64,000 bases of DNA from Octopus bimaculoides (lineage: Eukaryota), in NCBI RefSeq assembly GCF_001194135.2, contig NC_068981.1:167474761-167538760 (forward strand), given 5' to 3'. A program made the position numbers and the translations under genes. The notes under the pieces were generated by a model. It did not search any database. It saw only the letters and a program-made list of their open reading frames with translations, and had not been told where the DNA came from. Shown here piece after piece: positions 23,736 to 38,411 of the stretch (position 1 is the stretch's first letter; each line of letters opens with the position of its first letter).

Positions 23736-24531
23736 CCGTGTATGTATGTATGTATGTATGTATGTATGTATCTATCTATATATATATATATAAATATATC
23801 TATATATATATATATANNNNNNNNNNNNNNNNNNNNNNNNNNNNNNNNNNNNNNNNNNNNNNNNNNNNNNNNNNNNNNNNNNNNNNNNNNNNNNNNNNNN
23901 NNNNNNNNNNNNNNNNNNNNNNNNNNNNNNNNNNNNNNNNNNNNNNNNNNNNNNNNNNNNNNNNNNNNNNNNNNNNNNNNNNNNNNNNNNNNNNNNNNNN
24001 NNNNNNNNNNNNNNNNNNNNNNNNNNNNNNNNNNNNNNNNNNNNNNNNNNNNNNNNNNNNNNNNNNNNNNNNNNNNNNNNNNNNNNNNNNNNNNNNNNNN
24101 NNNNNNNNNNNNNNNNNNNNNNNNNNNNNNNNNNNNNNNNNNNNNNNNNNNNNNNNNNNNNNNNNNNNNNNNNNNNNNNNNNNNNNNNNNNNNNNNNNNN
24201 NNNNNNNNNNNNNNNNNNNNNNNNNNNNNNNNNNNNNNNNNNNNNNNNNNNNNNNNNNNNNNNNNNNNNNNNNNNNNNNNNNNNNNNNNNNNNNNNNNNN
24301 NNNNNNNNNNNNNNNNNNNNNNNNNNNNNNNNNNNNNNNNNNNNNNNNNNNNNNNNNNNNNNNNNNNNNNNNNNNNNNNNNNNNNNNNNNNNNNNNNNNN
24401 NNNNNNNNNNNNNNNNNNNNNNNNNNNNNNNNNNNNNNNNNNNNNNNNNNNNNNNNNNNNNNNNNNNNNNNNNNNNNNNNNNNNNNNNNNNNNNNNNNNN
24501 NNNNNNNNNNNNTATAGACATATATATGTAA

Positions 24532-24562
<31 letters not shown>

Positions 24563-24628
24563 CATACATACATATATATACACATATATATATACATACA
24601 TAAATACACACACACACGCACACACACG

Positions 24629-24677
<49 letters not shown>

Positions 24678-25009
24678 TATCCTACATGGAGAAATACATG
24701 CGCGTATGTTCATTCATACAATAATACATAACTGTATGCTTTGAAACCTCGAGTTTCTACATCCATATTATAAATTCAAATAATAATTAACACACTGACC
24801 TTTGTAAGTAAATGCCTAAATGATAGTCTGGAAAATCTGGGGCTTTCAGAATAAGAAATCAACTCATTAACACACATTACAAATGTAATCTGTAAACGGA
24901 ACAGTTAAAGTATGCAAGACTTTTCTCATTTCAAAGATGGAACTTTGTATCTTTGTTAGAAACCAGCTCCTTCCTTACACAAGAAGATTTCAGATAATTA
25001 AAACTAGAA

Positions 25010-25474
25010 GGCATACATACATACATACATACATGCATACATACATACATACATACGTACAAATAAACATACATAGATACAAACATTCATACATATGTAC
25101 ATACATAACAAGCATATAGACATATATGAATACATGCATACAAATATTCATGCATATGTACATACATACAAACATATATACATGCATGCATACATACATA
25201 CATACGTACATACAGACATACGTAGAAACATATATAAATGAATGAATATATACAAACATATATACATACATATATTCATACATGCATATATACGTACATG
25301 CATATATACAAACATACATAAATACATACATACATACAAATATACACATATCCATCCATCCATATATACATACAGACATATATACATAAAAACACACATG
25401 CAAACATACATATATACATATGTACAAACATATATACATACATGCATACGAACATTGATACAAGCATACATACA

Positions 25475-25507
<33 letters not shown>

Positions 25508-25510
25508 GCA
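25010..25510. repeat. Degenerate (TACA)n field
   Basis: Direct. Confidence 0.9.
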
Positions 25511-26777
25511 TAGAAACATCTGAGCGAGTAGGTGGGAAGAAAGATGTTTGGAAATGTGCTGAGAATTTTCGTATAGAGAAAGCTATAATGTCACAGGTGG
25601 AAGGCATGTGAAGTATTTGATAATAGTCGGCTAGATTACATGAAAACTATCGATTCTGTTCTGCACTCATCAATGCTAGCATCCTCCGATTCCTTATGTC
25701 CAGAAATTACATTCTGAGCCATAGGGCATTTGCTCTCACTTTAGATCGTTTTCCTGAAAAAAAGTACAAGAAGTCATTGTTCGGGGACTTGCTTAAGTAA
25801 ATTTCAACAACGCGGTCTTTCTGTGATGTTTCTACGTGGGTGTCACATAATGATGGGACACCCTTTATTTATAATTTCTAAGACTGTCGCTACTTGTCTA
25901 TGCTTGTTCCAGTCTTAGTTGTGTTTAAAATATGTCTATTCATTACGCGAAACTTTGTACATACTGTAAAATCGTTATCCTTTCTATTGAGGAAATTCGA
26001 ATGGAATATATTCCGCTCACAAGAAGACAGAAAAGTCTATCTTGCACGTTGCTTCTTTGTGGGCAACCTGAAAGTACATAGTTAAAATTGGAGTGTTATG
26101 AAGAAGAAACTCGATATAGTTACAGTTCTCATAGTATACAGGAATGGATTTTGGCTAGGATAAATATCGCTATTTGAGTATAGAACAAGAGTAACCTCTA
26201 AGCCAATATTGCAGAATCTCTATCAATGATACTAAATATTGAAGCAATAATCTTGAGTGTTTAGGTGTTTTCTATCAAATAAAAAACTTCAGTTAACCCA
26301 CATGTTGCAAATTCAACTGGTAAAGAGAACAATGAGATTATGCAAGACTTTTCTAAAGTTTACTGCGTGACTCATTGATGTTGCTGATGCCCAATTCTCT
26401 ATTATGAGGCATCATTTACTGATTAAGAATCTGCTTCTTCTTTATGGAAACAACTCGAAGAATAAAAAGAGCACGTACATTATGCATATACATGCACAAT
26501 GTAAAGGGGAAAAAGAGGAAAAGGAGGCTATTTGAATGGCTGTAGATATAGATAAAGCAAAAATGAAAGAAAGAAATATGGAAAATAGAAATATGGATAT
26601 GAATAATTGAATAGATATCCAGACATACGGGCATGCATAGAATTAAATGCAAAGACAGCTAGATTTGTAACAGATAGCTAGTTCTGTGATAGACAGATAG
26701 ATGTGCATAACGATAGAATTGTAAAGATGAATATATACATTGATAAATATATCTAATTAGATGTGTAAATGATATCT

Positions 26778-26828
<51 letters not shown>

Positions 26829-27426
26829 GCGTGTGTCTCTGTGTGTGTCTCAGGTGTGAGAGAGACAGATGCATTTATAAATTGATAGCAAGATGCGGAT
26901 GCTGGGGAATTAAAATATAAAAGGAAGTAGAGGAAAATTCGATCAATTACTGTTAGGTTATGCAAATTTTACACCTCTCTTAATTAAGTAACTGAAAATA
27001 AATTGAACTAAAGTTAATAACCGACCGGGTTCTCATATAAAATTTCCAATTCTGTGAAAAAATGCAACAACTCAGGAGCAAATTTATGGCTAGCCAGCAA
27101 TGAAGTGACTACCATTATAATCTCATAAATCTGCCACCATAATAAATTTTCCGCTGAGTATAAAATAGCTGAACAAATATGATGTCTGCTCGTTTATAAA
27201 CGTATGCTTGCACACACAAACGGACAGACACATAACATATATATATACTTTACATTTAATTGGGTGCAGTCATTGAACTGTATATACTCTGCGTGACCGG
27301 CGTGAGTTTTCGTATTTATTCTATCGTGCTGCACAAAAATGTTCAACACCTCAGTTTAAATTTATCTCAAACTAGTCCCACGCTTTCTCAAGTCCTTTGG
27401 TTTGCTAAAAAATCGAGCGTCTCACC

Positions 27427-27439
27427 ATGAGTGGACAAT
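27427..27439 (+). CDS. Candidate first coding exon (MSGQ plus 1 nt)
   Basis: Kozak-like ctcaccATG immediately followed by a perfect gtaagt donor at 27440. Confidence 0.35.
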
Positions 27440-28192
27440 GTAAGTATATAGCATATATATTCAAAAGAAGTTTTAGTTACGATTATATTTCGAGTTTTAT
27501 TGATCTGTTTATTACTTTCTCATGCTCCAGTCTGACGTAACCCACACCAAAGCAATATACTGCCACGCTCTACTTCTGTTTACCCATTCTAACTAGTGTT
27601 TACCTAGTGTTTACCCATGTCGGTAACACTGGTATAGGCTCTATTGTAGGTGTAATAACTAGAATTGCTAACTCAAACCTGAATGTTTCGATTAAAGACA
27701 TTTCAGTCTGCAGTTGTGTACATTCTACCAAACATGGCTGAATGCACAAGCCCTGCATACGCGCGCGCGCGCACACACACACACACACACACGCGCGCGC
27801 GTATATACATACATGCATACATACATATATGCATACATACATACGTACATACATACTTATATACATACATGTAAGCATATATACCTATGGCGTGTATTAA
27901 AACTAATTGGAAAAATTCCCTACAGACTAAATTATGAAAAAAATAAGTAATTACGATATCAAAGCAAAGTACATCGATCAGATGATTCATTATTTCGGTT
28001 TTAAAGGATCACTTAACTTATCAATTAAAAGAAGATAGAGCAAAGTGAATAGATATTTCAGGTAAAAGGATAAAATAGGAAATGATGGCATTAGTAGATT
28101 GGCTGTCGAAGATCTTTGATATCCTCACCGATTTTATATTTGCAGTGAGAAACATATATCTATGTAAAAAGTATCGTCCATGGTTCCAGATA

Positions 28193-28474
28193 TTGTTGTT
28201 GGCACTTCGTCGCTTACGACGTCGAGGGTTCCAGTTGATCCGATCAACGGAACAGCCTGCTCGTGAAATTAACATGCAAGTGGCTGAGCACTCCACAGAC
28301 ACGTGTACCCTTAACGTAGTTCTCGGGGATATTCAGCGTGATACAGAGTGTGACAAGGCTGACCCTTTGAATTACAGACACAACAGAAACAGGAAGTAAG
28401 AGTGAGAGAAAGTTGTGGTGAAAGAGTACAGCAGGGTTCGCCACCATCCCCTGCCGGAGCCTCGTGGAGCTTTA
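28193..28474 (-). mobile_element. SINE family C, 5'-truncated, (CAA)n tail
   Basis: Highly similar (roughly 95% by eye) to the reverse complement of 42720-43001. Confidence 0.85.
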
Positions 28475-29145
28475 ACCACTTTATGTTGGTACTTTTGTAA
28501 TTATATGCGGCCATCAAAATAGGAGGATTATTAAACAGTTTCACCCAAGGAATAACTTGTTCTTGTATGTCTTAATTTCGGCAGTTAAGAGGTGAGGCAA
28601 CTCAACCACACGCGCGCGCGCGCATAAATACACACACATGCACACACACGTGTGCACGCACACACAAACACACTCACATATACACACCTATCCACACACA
28701 TACGCACCTATCCACACACATACACTCAAAGTTGTAATGAAGTCAAATCAAATAGAGATATTTTGAAATAATTTAATACGCACGTTTTTGGTCTGTGTAA
28801 ATATATAACAGAAATGTATGCATTACGTAATGCCTTCCTCAGTTAAAAGATTTCAAAATTTCAATATTTTCAAATGTTTTAACCGAGGAAGGTTTTATGT
28901 GATGGATACATTTCCATATATATATTACACAGGCTGAAACGTATGAATTAAATGATTTCAAAATATCACTATTCGGTTTAACTTCATTACTACCAACGAT
29001 CCGGCTCGATGCCAGCTCAACCTACTCAGTCCACACGTTCTAACAAGGATTTGGAGTATTCGAATCGAATGCTGGCACTATGCACCGCTTCTTAGCATAA
29101 GTGCCCCATCATTGCCACAGCTGAAAGACATAACAGAATAACTGA

Positions 29146-29217
<72 letters not shown>

Positions 29218-29279
29218 CTGCGTGTTCTTGATGTATGTATATGAATGTATATATGTATACAAATATATTACATACACAG

Positions 29280-29311
29280 ATGACTACGAAAGCTGCGAAG
29301 ATGGATGTCAG
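29280..29311 (+). CDS. Candidate 32-nt exon (x)DYESCEDGCQ
   Basis: cacag acceptor (weak pyrimidine tract), CAG|gtacag donor, open phase 1->0. Confidence 0.25.
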
Positions 29312-29634
29312 GTACAGCAGGACGTTCAGGTCTAATGATCTTGTTGGCTTGAGATAAACTTTATATAAGGTACACACACTTACACACACATTTGTAGATA
29401 CATGCACACACTCACATATGTATGTATATGACATACAAGTATTTATTTGCATATATTTACAGTATGAGAAAGAACTCAGAGTAGCCAGTGGCATATATTT
29501 GGACAAGTATGAATAAGAGTATATTAAAAAGCCAAATTCTTGCTTTTTTAAAAAAACTATCTTCGCTTACAGAATGTAGATCATTGACTTGGTGGGATTG
29601 TGTCTGTGTGTGTGTGCATGTGTGTGTGTGTATT

Positions 29635-29686
<52 letters not shown>

Positions 29687-29934
29687 TACATACAAACACA
29701 TATAAAATAAGAGGAGATTAGTAAATCCGAGTTGGTTTCTCAGTAATCTCGAGGTTACTGGCTAGCACAGTGTAGATAAATAGATGGTTTACCTTAAAGA
29801 AAACTGTCCATATAAATTAAAATTTCATGGCTAGCAAGTTAGACCCAGAGTAAGATATATTAAGTCAAAGATAGGAATTTATGGTATTGTATTAAATACT
29901 TTAGTTACGTTCGTTTCAACATAACATAGAATTG

Positions 29935-30356
29935 AAATATTGATTTGATTTCAAATTTTGGTACAAGGCCTGCAATTTTGGAGAAGTGTGTAAGTCGGTT
30001 ACTTCGGCCCCTAAAGTTGAACTGGTACTTATTGTGTTGATGAAAGATACAGTCAACGTCGGTGGAGTGTGAAAGTAGAACATAAAGACAGACAAAATGC
30101 CGCTAAGCATTTTCTCTGGCGCGGTAACGTCTCTTCCAGCTCGCCAAATATAAAGATTGATTCCAAATTTTGACACAAGGCCAATAAATTCGAGGGAGGG
30201 GTAAATCGATTACATCTACCTCAGTGTTCAACTGGTACTCATTTTATCGAGCTAGAAAGGGTGAAAGGTAAGTCGACCATGATGGAATTTGAGAGCAGAA
30301 CGCAAATACAGCGAAATGGCGCTAAGCCCGGCGTGTTAACAATTCTGCTAGCTCGC
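29935..30356 (-). mobile_element. Two tandem SINE family A copies
   Basis: Two head-to-tail reverse copies (~29935-30150 and ~30160-30356). Confidence 0.75.
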
Positions 30357-31699
30357 AGAATGAATTTATAATGAAGGAATGATATTTATAATATTACAGC
30401 ATATTCATGTAATACTTTCAAAATTTTGTCTGAGGAATTGCACATGGTTTATATGTCCTAATATTAAAAATTCATTAATTATGTATATTTTATTGATATT
30501 TATAGTCATGTAATGTTTTTTTCTATGTAGTACAATAGAATTAAATGTAATGTCATGAATTTCTGTTTTCGACTAAATACACATACATACACATGAATAT
30601 ACACATATATACATACGTACATACATATATAAATACATACATTTTCACCGCATACATAAAATACATCCATGTATTTACACACAGTACATATACCACATAA
30701 GATACAATGTGTGTGTGTATGTGTGTATGTGTGTGTGTGTGTGTGTATTATACGTGGGTTGTAAATGTATTGCTATTTATGTGATGTGTTTTATACATAG
30801 ATATTTATTTGGCGATCGATTTAGTGTTGTAATTATTTTATGTTTTATTGTCTTTTTAGCAATACTTTACCACGATTAGATTATATATGCACGCCCATTG
30901 TCACCCGTATCAATAAATATGCTGCCCTACTTCCACTGACATTCATGTACAGCTGTGTACATGTGTTTATGCAAAGTTCAAGATGCCAGAGTTCTACACT
31001 GAAAAATGATTTTACAAATAAATCGCCATGGGAATTTACAAGTATATGCTGTTTTCAAGAATAGGTAGAGTTAAAAATGAATAAGCGCAAGAGAAAAGGC
31101 CTTCGCTTAATGCCTAACATTACTTTAATAATCTCATCAAATAGGGGAGATAACTCTATAAACGTTTTGGTCTTATTAGCCTCCATCAGCATAATATGAA
31201 CTTCAACGTTCTGGTTGAAATAGCAATAAGAGTCATCAATCCCTTAACTGAAAAATTAAATTTCATAGCTATTCTAGTAATAATGTTGAATATAATTACC
31301 AAAATCTAGAACTGGTGTATTCTGCAAGTCACGTTGTCTCAATAAACTTGACATATCTCAACAAAAAAATAGTTTCAAGCACAATAGATGGATAGATATG
31401 GAAATAAAAGCCCATCCAACGTACTCACACAATCCAACGCTTAAAGAAACAGAAGTTCAACAGACGTTCAACACCATCACTCCTTTAACAAAAAAGCATG
31501 AATGAATTAACAGGAAACATCTTTCATAATTCAGATATAAAGATTTTCCACATGCACACCATAGAAACACAAACGAACAATAATATAATACAAGACAAGA
31601 TGATAATACGAAAGTACAGAAGCATCATCCAGCGCAAATAGTACAATATATTGCAGTACATTAAGACGTATGCCCTAGTGGTTAAGGTGTTGTACTCAT

Positions 31700-31815
31700 C
31701 CTTTTAGTTCCTACTTGTTTCAGTCATTTGACTTCAGCCATGCTGGAGAACCGCCTTTAGTCGAACAAATCGACCCCAGGACTTATTCTTTGTAAGCCTA
31801 ATACTTATTCTCTCG
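31700..31815 (-). mobile_element. SINE family B 3' fragment
   Basis: cttgtttcagtcatttgact...gtcgaacaaatcgaccccaggacttattctttgtaagcct. Confidence 0.8.
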
Positions 31816-31988
31816 TCTACACAAAGTACCTGATGGACAAGAAAAGACAGTGACACTCTCGTAATCCCAAGGTGCAACCGCATGTGTAAGCTATGTCATG
31901 CTTCTAGAGAAGACATTACGCATGTAATTAGCAGCTGTCCTAAAACGTCGTCACGTTACTACCTCCCTATGCGGCTCGATCTTGTTAT

Positions 31989-32346
31989 TATAATATATTC
32001 CATGCTATAATGTAGTAAATTTTTTCTTGAACATTCGCTGCTGGAATTGTAATGCGTCTGATACGCCTGTGCGTCATTTATGCCATTAAATACGGTATAT
32101 AGAATTTGTATGTAAGTACTACTATCAAGACACCATTGTAAGGATCTGTAACACTCTCTTGTTAACAACTATTTCATTAATTACTATATTCACAACTCAT
32201 GATGCATTAAAACGTCAACTAGAAACAGAATGGCTTTGGCCATCGAAGATTTCAATTCTCTACATGGCATAAATAAGACGCATTACAATTTCAGCAGTGA
32301 ATATTCAAGAGAAAATTTACTACATTATAGCATGGAATATATTATA
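31989..32346. mobile_element. MITE, 358 bp, ~70-bp TIRs, TA ends
   Basis: tataatatattccatgctataatgtagtaaa...gtaatgcgtct vs its inverse, about 4 mismatches. Confidence 0.8.
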
Positions 32347-32554
32347 GTATCACTGTGATGTATAGAACCAGAGTTACCTTTCTGGGTAGTGGGGAATGTG
32401 TCTTATATGTCATCAAATGCAGTACGTTTCATAGAGCACCCCGACCAGATGGCCTCCAAATTCTGGTTCGCTCTGCTCGACAAAAGATAAATCTTGCTAG
32501 AATCACACCTTGTTTTAAAAATGAAATATATGGAAATTCACATACCGAATGTAG

Positions 32555-32631
32555 ACCCAGATGCACGATGTAGAAAAGCAGAAAATGCGAGATATTTTGG
32601 CTGGAATATCTTCGATCAGAGGTCTGCTCAG
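32555..32631 (+). CDS. Candidate exon ending at a strong donor (TQMHDVEKQKMRDILAGISSIRGLL; an alternative frame is also open)
   Basis: CAG|gtatgt donor at 32632; acceptor weak. Confidence 0.2.
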
Positions 32632-33599
32632 GTATGTTCGTCAGGCGGGTTAAACAATTGCAACATTTGTTCATTTAACTGTTTAGTGTGTTCAACATAG
32701 AGATAGCCTAGCAGCAATACGAATATTCGATAGGTACTACATAACCTTTTTATTTATATTGCTATTTAATTATATACGCTTGTACATATTCATTGTTCAC
32801 ATTAGTCTGTGTGTGAGTCTACACACACGCATACAAATACACGTGCGCACGCACACACGCACACACATACACACAAAAATACACATATACACATACATGC
32901 AGACACACAAATTTGTATTTTTACTCATACGTAGAAATGTAGGAAATTTACAGCAGGATACTCTGTATGTTATCGACTAATACAGTTCCGCAGTACATAA
33001 GAGAGTTGGGAAATATTAAGTAACAATGTGAGTCAGACATAATAAAGATAGAAAAACCAAATACATTTGTATGTCTATGAAACCTAATATATCTATAATC
33101 GCAGCCATCTTTTTTGTATGTATATGCATGTATGCCTATTTTTGCATATGTTTTCTTTGAGTATCGTTTAAATTCTTATTTACAAAATTGAAGCCGGTCA
33201 TTAACTAAGAGATATATCTTTTTTATTTGAATCTAGGGAGTTCCAGGGATTCGTGAATATGTGTGTGTGTGAGCTAATGATTTTGAATAAATGTGTGCAT
33301 GTGGATACTATTACATTCATGTAATGGCTGTGAATATCTCAGTAGTGCTCCAGTGTGTATTTGATTACTCTTTATGTATGGATGCCATACACACACAAGC
33401 TGATTATGCGCATAAATTCATTTAAGGAAACTCAAATGCAGAATTTTTGGAATATTTTACGAATCATTGCTGTACCAATAATTGATTGCAATTTAAGGAT
33501 GCAGATCAGTTTACTTTGTTCTTTCTTGGAAATCCATACATCTTCACACTTTTATGCGAATCTGTCATTACGAAGTCTAGTACACGAATGAAAACCTAT

Positions 33600-35150
33600 A
33601 ACCCGGATACAAAAGATGCAAATACCTCATTATCTCACTGCTAGATTTTCTCTTTTTCCATAATTTTAGATTAGAGATCCACATCCGTTTGGCAGTTGGC
33701 TTACACAGCATTGCCTGGTTTTTGTTCGTTTTCCTATAAAACACTATCGAATCTTTGGTGTTTGCTTATGGTTGCTGTTTTCATTTGAATCTTCCGTCAA
33801 TATTCCTTATTTTTAAAGTCGTGAATACTTTCTTGTCATGATGTGCCTTTCATATAATCGTCTGCACAATCAACCCTTCAGAATGTTTTGTCTTGTGGAA
33901 GATTGTAAGTTGATAACATCTTGCGGTAGTTATTGATGATGTAGATGAGATCGTCCACACTTATATGCAACAATCAATACATTCTGCCACAAGGTAGAGT
34001 TTTGGAGACATATTTACCTCTTTCATTGCTTAGATATTTATCAGCTGTCTGCAATTCCTTAATAGGGAGAGATATCTATGTAACAAGACTGGAGTGACTA
34101 CGTTTCTGTCAATATTTATGTTTATGTTTTCCTAGAGAATTAGAAACAGTTAGAAACAATTAGAAACAAAGTGAATCTAACTTGCGGGATATTACCTTTC
34201 TGTGATGTGAATATTTCTCTCTCGAGCATTTACTTAATGAAATTCGGCCGTTTATCCTTGCTTTAAATAGATTGCTCAGTATGACTGTTGATTTGGAACT
34301 TACTGTTGGTGGCAGTCTTACGAGTTTTAACGAGTCTGTGGCTGATCCCTTCAAGTGTCCAGTCTAGTATCACAAATGTTGGTACTATCACTGGCTCTAT
34401 AAAGCATTAAAATATATAGTCGTATAAAGTGAGGACAGCTCTGGCTTTTACACCTTCCTAAGTTGCTAAAATATTATTTTGTCTGGCTAGACTTACTTAC
34501 AGTATCTACATATTCCATTTTCTCGTTGATTTTGAGGTGCATGGAGGATTCGTCATTAGAAGGAGGGGGAAAACAGACAGGTTGTTGGTATCCACATTCC
34601 TTACCAAACAAACTATCTTTCCTCGATTGGCTATTAAATATGAATATTTATCTTGACCAAATTCCATTCTTATATCACGTGCTGTGATCCGTTATGCGTC
34701 TTGGTACTGTGAATATTACCGGAATACAACTTCAGATCATTGACTAAATAAAGAGTGCTTATAATAATTTTTCTCTCATTCGTAAATCTTAACATGTAAT
34801 CTGCATTTTTTAACAAGACTGATAAGAGGTTCTCTGTTAACGAGGGTAAGCGGCGTTTTAGACGAGTAGACCCTCTGGAATGTTCCTGTCTATAATCTAC
34901 TTCCTTCTGTGACAGGTATCTGTGTGATGTGTATTAGCTGTATGGATCATGTTGTTAATCTTTTGCTGGTGCCAACTATAGCAGATGGTACCGTTGTGGT
35001 GATACTAGAGACAAGCACTTTCTTATAATCTACTCATTGGGTCAGCAGTTGTCAGCGATGGTAACCTGCCCTCTCCTCTTAAAGTTACTGTTGATAATGA
35101 GGAGCCGTTCGGCAGAGTCTGAGTCTTTCTTTGTGTCTGTTCATCATTAA
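33600..35150 (-). mobile_element. Highly degraded Penelope-like element (tentative)
   Basis: Broken motifs in the expected order: NADYML, FTVP-K-TH, Y*TGHLKGSA, CFIGKRTK. Confidence 0.3.
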
Positions 35151-35279
35151 CCGCGTTTGTTTGGGAGTGAATTTGGAGAAACACATTCAAACAATTAATG
35201 TACAGTTTATATGTAACATTTAAGCGTTTTATGGGGCTTTAGTTTTTGGTGACATGTATTTTTTTGTTTCTTAAGTAAT

Positions 35280-35640
35280 GTACAATTAACTAACTAGTCT
35301 GCTACATGAGTTCAGCGGTCATTGTGTTTTGAAACAGATCGACGAGAACATGTACTTTCCATACCAATATCCAACTCTCAGATCTCTCCCAGATGATATT
35401 CCAGTCATTATTTCTATAAAAAAATGTCCAGAGAATTTCAATGTCGATGTCATGTTTTGGGTGACACATTTGCATAGTATTCATTCCGCAGCTGACTTAA
35501 CCACACTGCATAACAGTTATACTGTTTATACCGATGCTCTAAATTCTGGACACTTTCTTATACAGTTGTTATTTGTTGTCCTTATGTCTGATTCCTCCTC
35601 ATTTTTGTCATCTTCGAAGGATAAATTTCAGATTTAAATA
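35280..35640 (-). mobile_element. Degraded piggyBac-like transposase N-terminal fragment (tentative)
   Basis: Acidic EDDKNEEESD, then EILWTFF..MTG, YW and FQNTMT across frameshifts. Confidence 0.3.
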
Positions 35641-35994
35641 TACTAAAATACTAAAATATTAGCATAGAAATATATGAAATACTATATAAAGTATAATAAC
35701 ATTATTTACTTTAGAATATGATAGCTTATAAAAGTATTTAGTAGGATAACCTTTTGCTTCAATGATCGCATTAATTCTTGGCGTGGAAGTGATGAAATTC
35801 TTTAACTTTTCAGGATTTATGATTCTAAACGATGCAGTTGTTAATTGCTGAAATTAATTGCTCAAATTAATAGTGTTCTGATACTTGGCTAGTAAACCGA
35901 TTCCAGTCTCTTGATTCCCGAACATAAATGTTCTCTCCGATAAAAGTCAGAGAAATTTCGAGCCCATTGTGAACGCTTGTTTTATGATCTTTCA

Positions 35995-36140
35995 AACATT
36001 CACACAGGATTTTGCTGTATGACATGGTACACAGTCTTGCTAAATAGTGACATCGCCTTGGGTCGATTCGTTCGACTATAATTCTGCAAGGCGGTGCCCC
36101 AGCAGAGCTAAAGACGTATCGCTGAAACAAGTAAAAGACA
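35995..36140 (+). mobile_element. SINE family B 3' fragment
   Basis: gggtcgattcgttcgacta...ctgaaacaagtaaaaga. Confidence 0.6.
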
Positions 36141-37019
36141 GGAGATATTGTGCAAACTAAAACTCCACTCGCTGTGGCTCTGCGTTTCGCATTTCAATTT
36201 CAGAGGGAAGTGAAGGGTAGAATAACAAGAGTTAATCTAACTTAGAAGTATTCAAAGACGATGTCGGGTTTTACTAGGATCCTGAAACAAAAACAGTTCA
36301 TTTTTCAACGATTGCATAAATGTGTGTGAGATACATAAAATACTGCTTTGCAAGAAATGAATGTAATAAATCAAAGATCAATGGTACAAAAATTATTGTA
36401 AAAAAAAAATATTGCATGGAAAATATTTCCATGGGAAAAACTATTTGCTGCTGGGATTATGCATCTGTAAAATAATCGTTGTCATTTGCATAGAAAAATT
36501 TCCACAAATTGATCAAAGGTGTATGTCATGTGAGTATGTTTGTGTGTGTCAGCGAGTAATACCGTGCATAAATCATTCCTTACCCGCGCATACAAAGGCA
36601 AAAAACACACATGCACATATATACACACAGCTTATTCATGTATACATACATGGATTTGTTAACATACCTACAAATGAAGACATAAATTTACATATATGCG
36701 TATGTACAGATACGCACACACCTACCGTCATGTTGTCTCACATATAACGAGTGAACAGCAACAGAATATTAATATGAATACAGTCAAATTATAGAATAAT
36801 AATTTAAAATGTTATTGTTATATTTGGAGGATGGTCATAGTTTTTTTGCCAATTAACCAAGCGTACTAAATACTTGCCCTTCACTTCAGTTTTATTATTA
36901 TTTTATTTTAGTGTCCGTTGTCTGAAATCTTTTGTCACACAACTTGTGACCTCCTTAGCGATTCTCCATCCAATGTGTCTCATCCTGTTCTGTTTATTCC
37001 ATTCAGTCTTTCTGTCTCA

Positions 37020-37108
<89 letters not shown>

Positions 37109-37146
37109 GAAGAAGAAGAAGAAGAACAACAACAACAACAATAATG

Positions 37147-37181
<35 letters not shown>

Positions 37182-37200
37182 TAATAATAATAATAATAAT
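37020..37200. repeat. (AAT)n(AAG)n(AAC)n(AAT)n compound microsatellite
   Basis: Direct. Confidence 0.95.
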
Positions 37201-37668
37201 AAAACTAAAGAGAAGATCAAGTATATAGTACTTCAGAAAAAAATGACCATTCCCAAATACAATAATATCTGTTTCAACAAATGTTTTCACATCAGGAATC
37301 TTGCAAAACAAATACATAAACGTAATTAAAAATGCTGATGTGATAAAATTGGTTTGAAAAGAAACAGACATAATTCGAAAAAAAAAAAAAAATTGTTCGA
37401 CAAAACAACGAGTTGGAACTATAGATGTCAAAAACAAGTGGGAGTGAAAATTTACTATGGAGGAAGGATAAAAGGGAAATGTTCAATAGTGCATATAGCA
37501 GCCATGAGCAAACTGCATGCAACCCGCGGGAATATATGACTGGCAAGGCTAATGAAAATTTACCTTGAATTTTTTTTTAATAGAGCAGCCCACCATATGG
37601 TGTTGAGCCATATCTCATGCAGCACGCTTCTGGAAAAAAGGTTCTGCATGCGTGGTGCATATACGCCA

Positions 37669-37795
<127 letters not shown>

Positions 37796-38010
37796 ATACA
37801 CACTCGTGCACACACACAAATGCCATATTCCAGAGATACTTCCTACAAAATTTATCAACTTTTAGATTTTTTAGAAAATGTTTTGCAGAATAATTTTTGT
37901 TTTAGTTTCAGTTCATTTTCTCGAATTCACTTATCTGTTCGTTTCCACTCTTCCTTTCTCTCTTTCTACTCGCCAACATTCTTTGTATCTATAAACCGAG
38001 ATGCTTCTAG

Positions 38011-38063
<53 letters not shown>

Positions 38064-38181
38064 CTCTCTCTCTCTTTCTCTCTCTCTCTCTATAAATTAA
38101 TGTGTGTGTGTGTGAGTGTAAGCGAGTGTATGTGTGAGTGTGTGTGTGTGTGTGTGTGTGAGTGAGTGCGTGTGTGGGTGA

Positions 38182-38219
<38 letters not shown>

Positions 38220-38327
38220 ATCAGTATACTTCAACTTTTCACAAGAAAATGGATGTAGATTTCGTAAATGAGTGTGGACAATTTTCCATTTTCCCATTGT
38301 CTCCACCTTTCCGCTTCTATTCTGCAG

Positions 38328-38382
38328 AGTACACCGAATTTATTGGACTGTTCTAATTAGACATTTCCCCTTCTTTGCAGAG
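38328..38382 (+). CDS. Candidate 55-nt exon (x)VHRIYWTVLIRHFPFFAE
   Basis: ~45-nt polypyrimidine tract ending ctgcag, GAG|gtaaag donor, open phase 2->0. Confidence 0.35.
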
Positions 38383-38411
38383 GTAAAGAGTTATTTTGAG
38401 TATCAGCGGGC

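Noticed and set aside
25600-26000. Possible mariner relic (aaagggtgtccca end, RVVEIY)
   Set aside because: No second TIR and no catalytic motif found
27080-27190. Cluster of TTTAT/ATAAA Hox-like sites
   Set aside because: Such motifs are expected at high frequency in AT-rich DNA
29280-29311. ESCEDGC resembles the ESCEVGC motif in the ROS1 N-terminus
   Set aside because: A seven-residue match with no FN3, propeller or kinase exons seen; no gene symbol assigned
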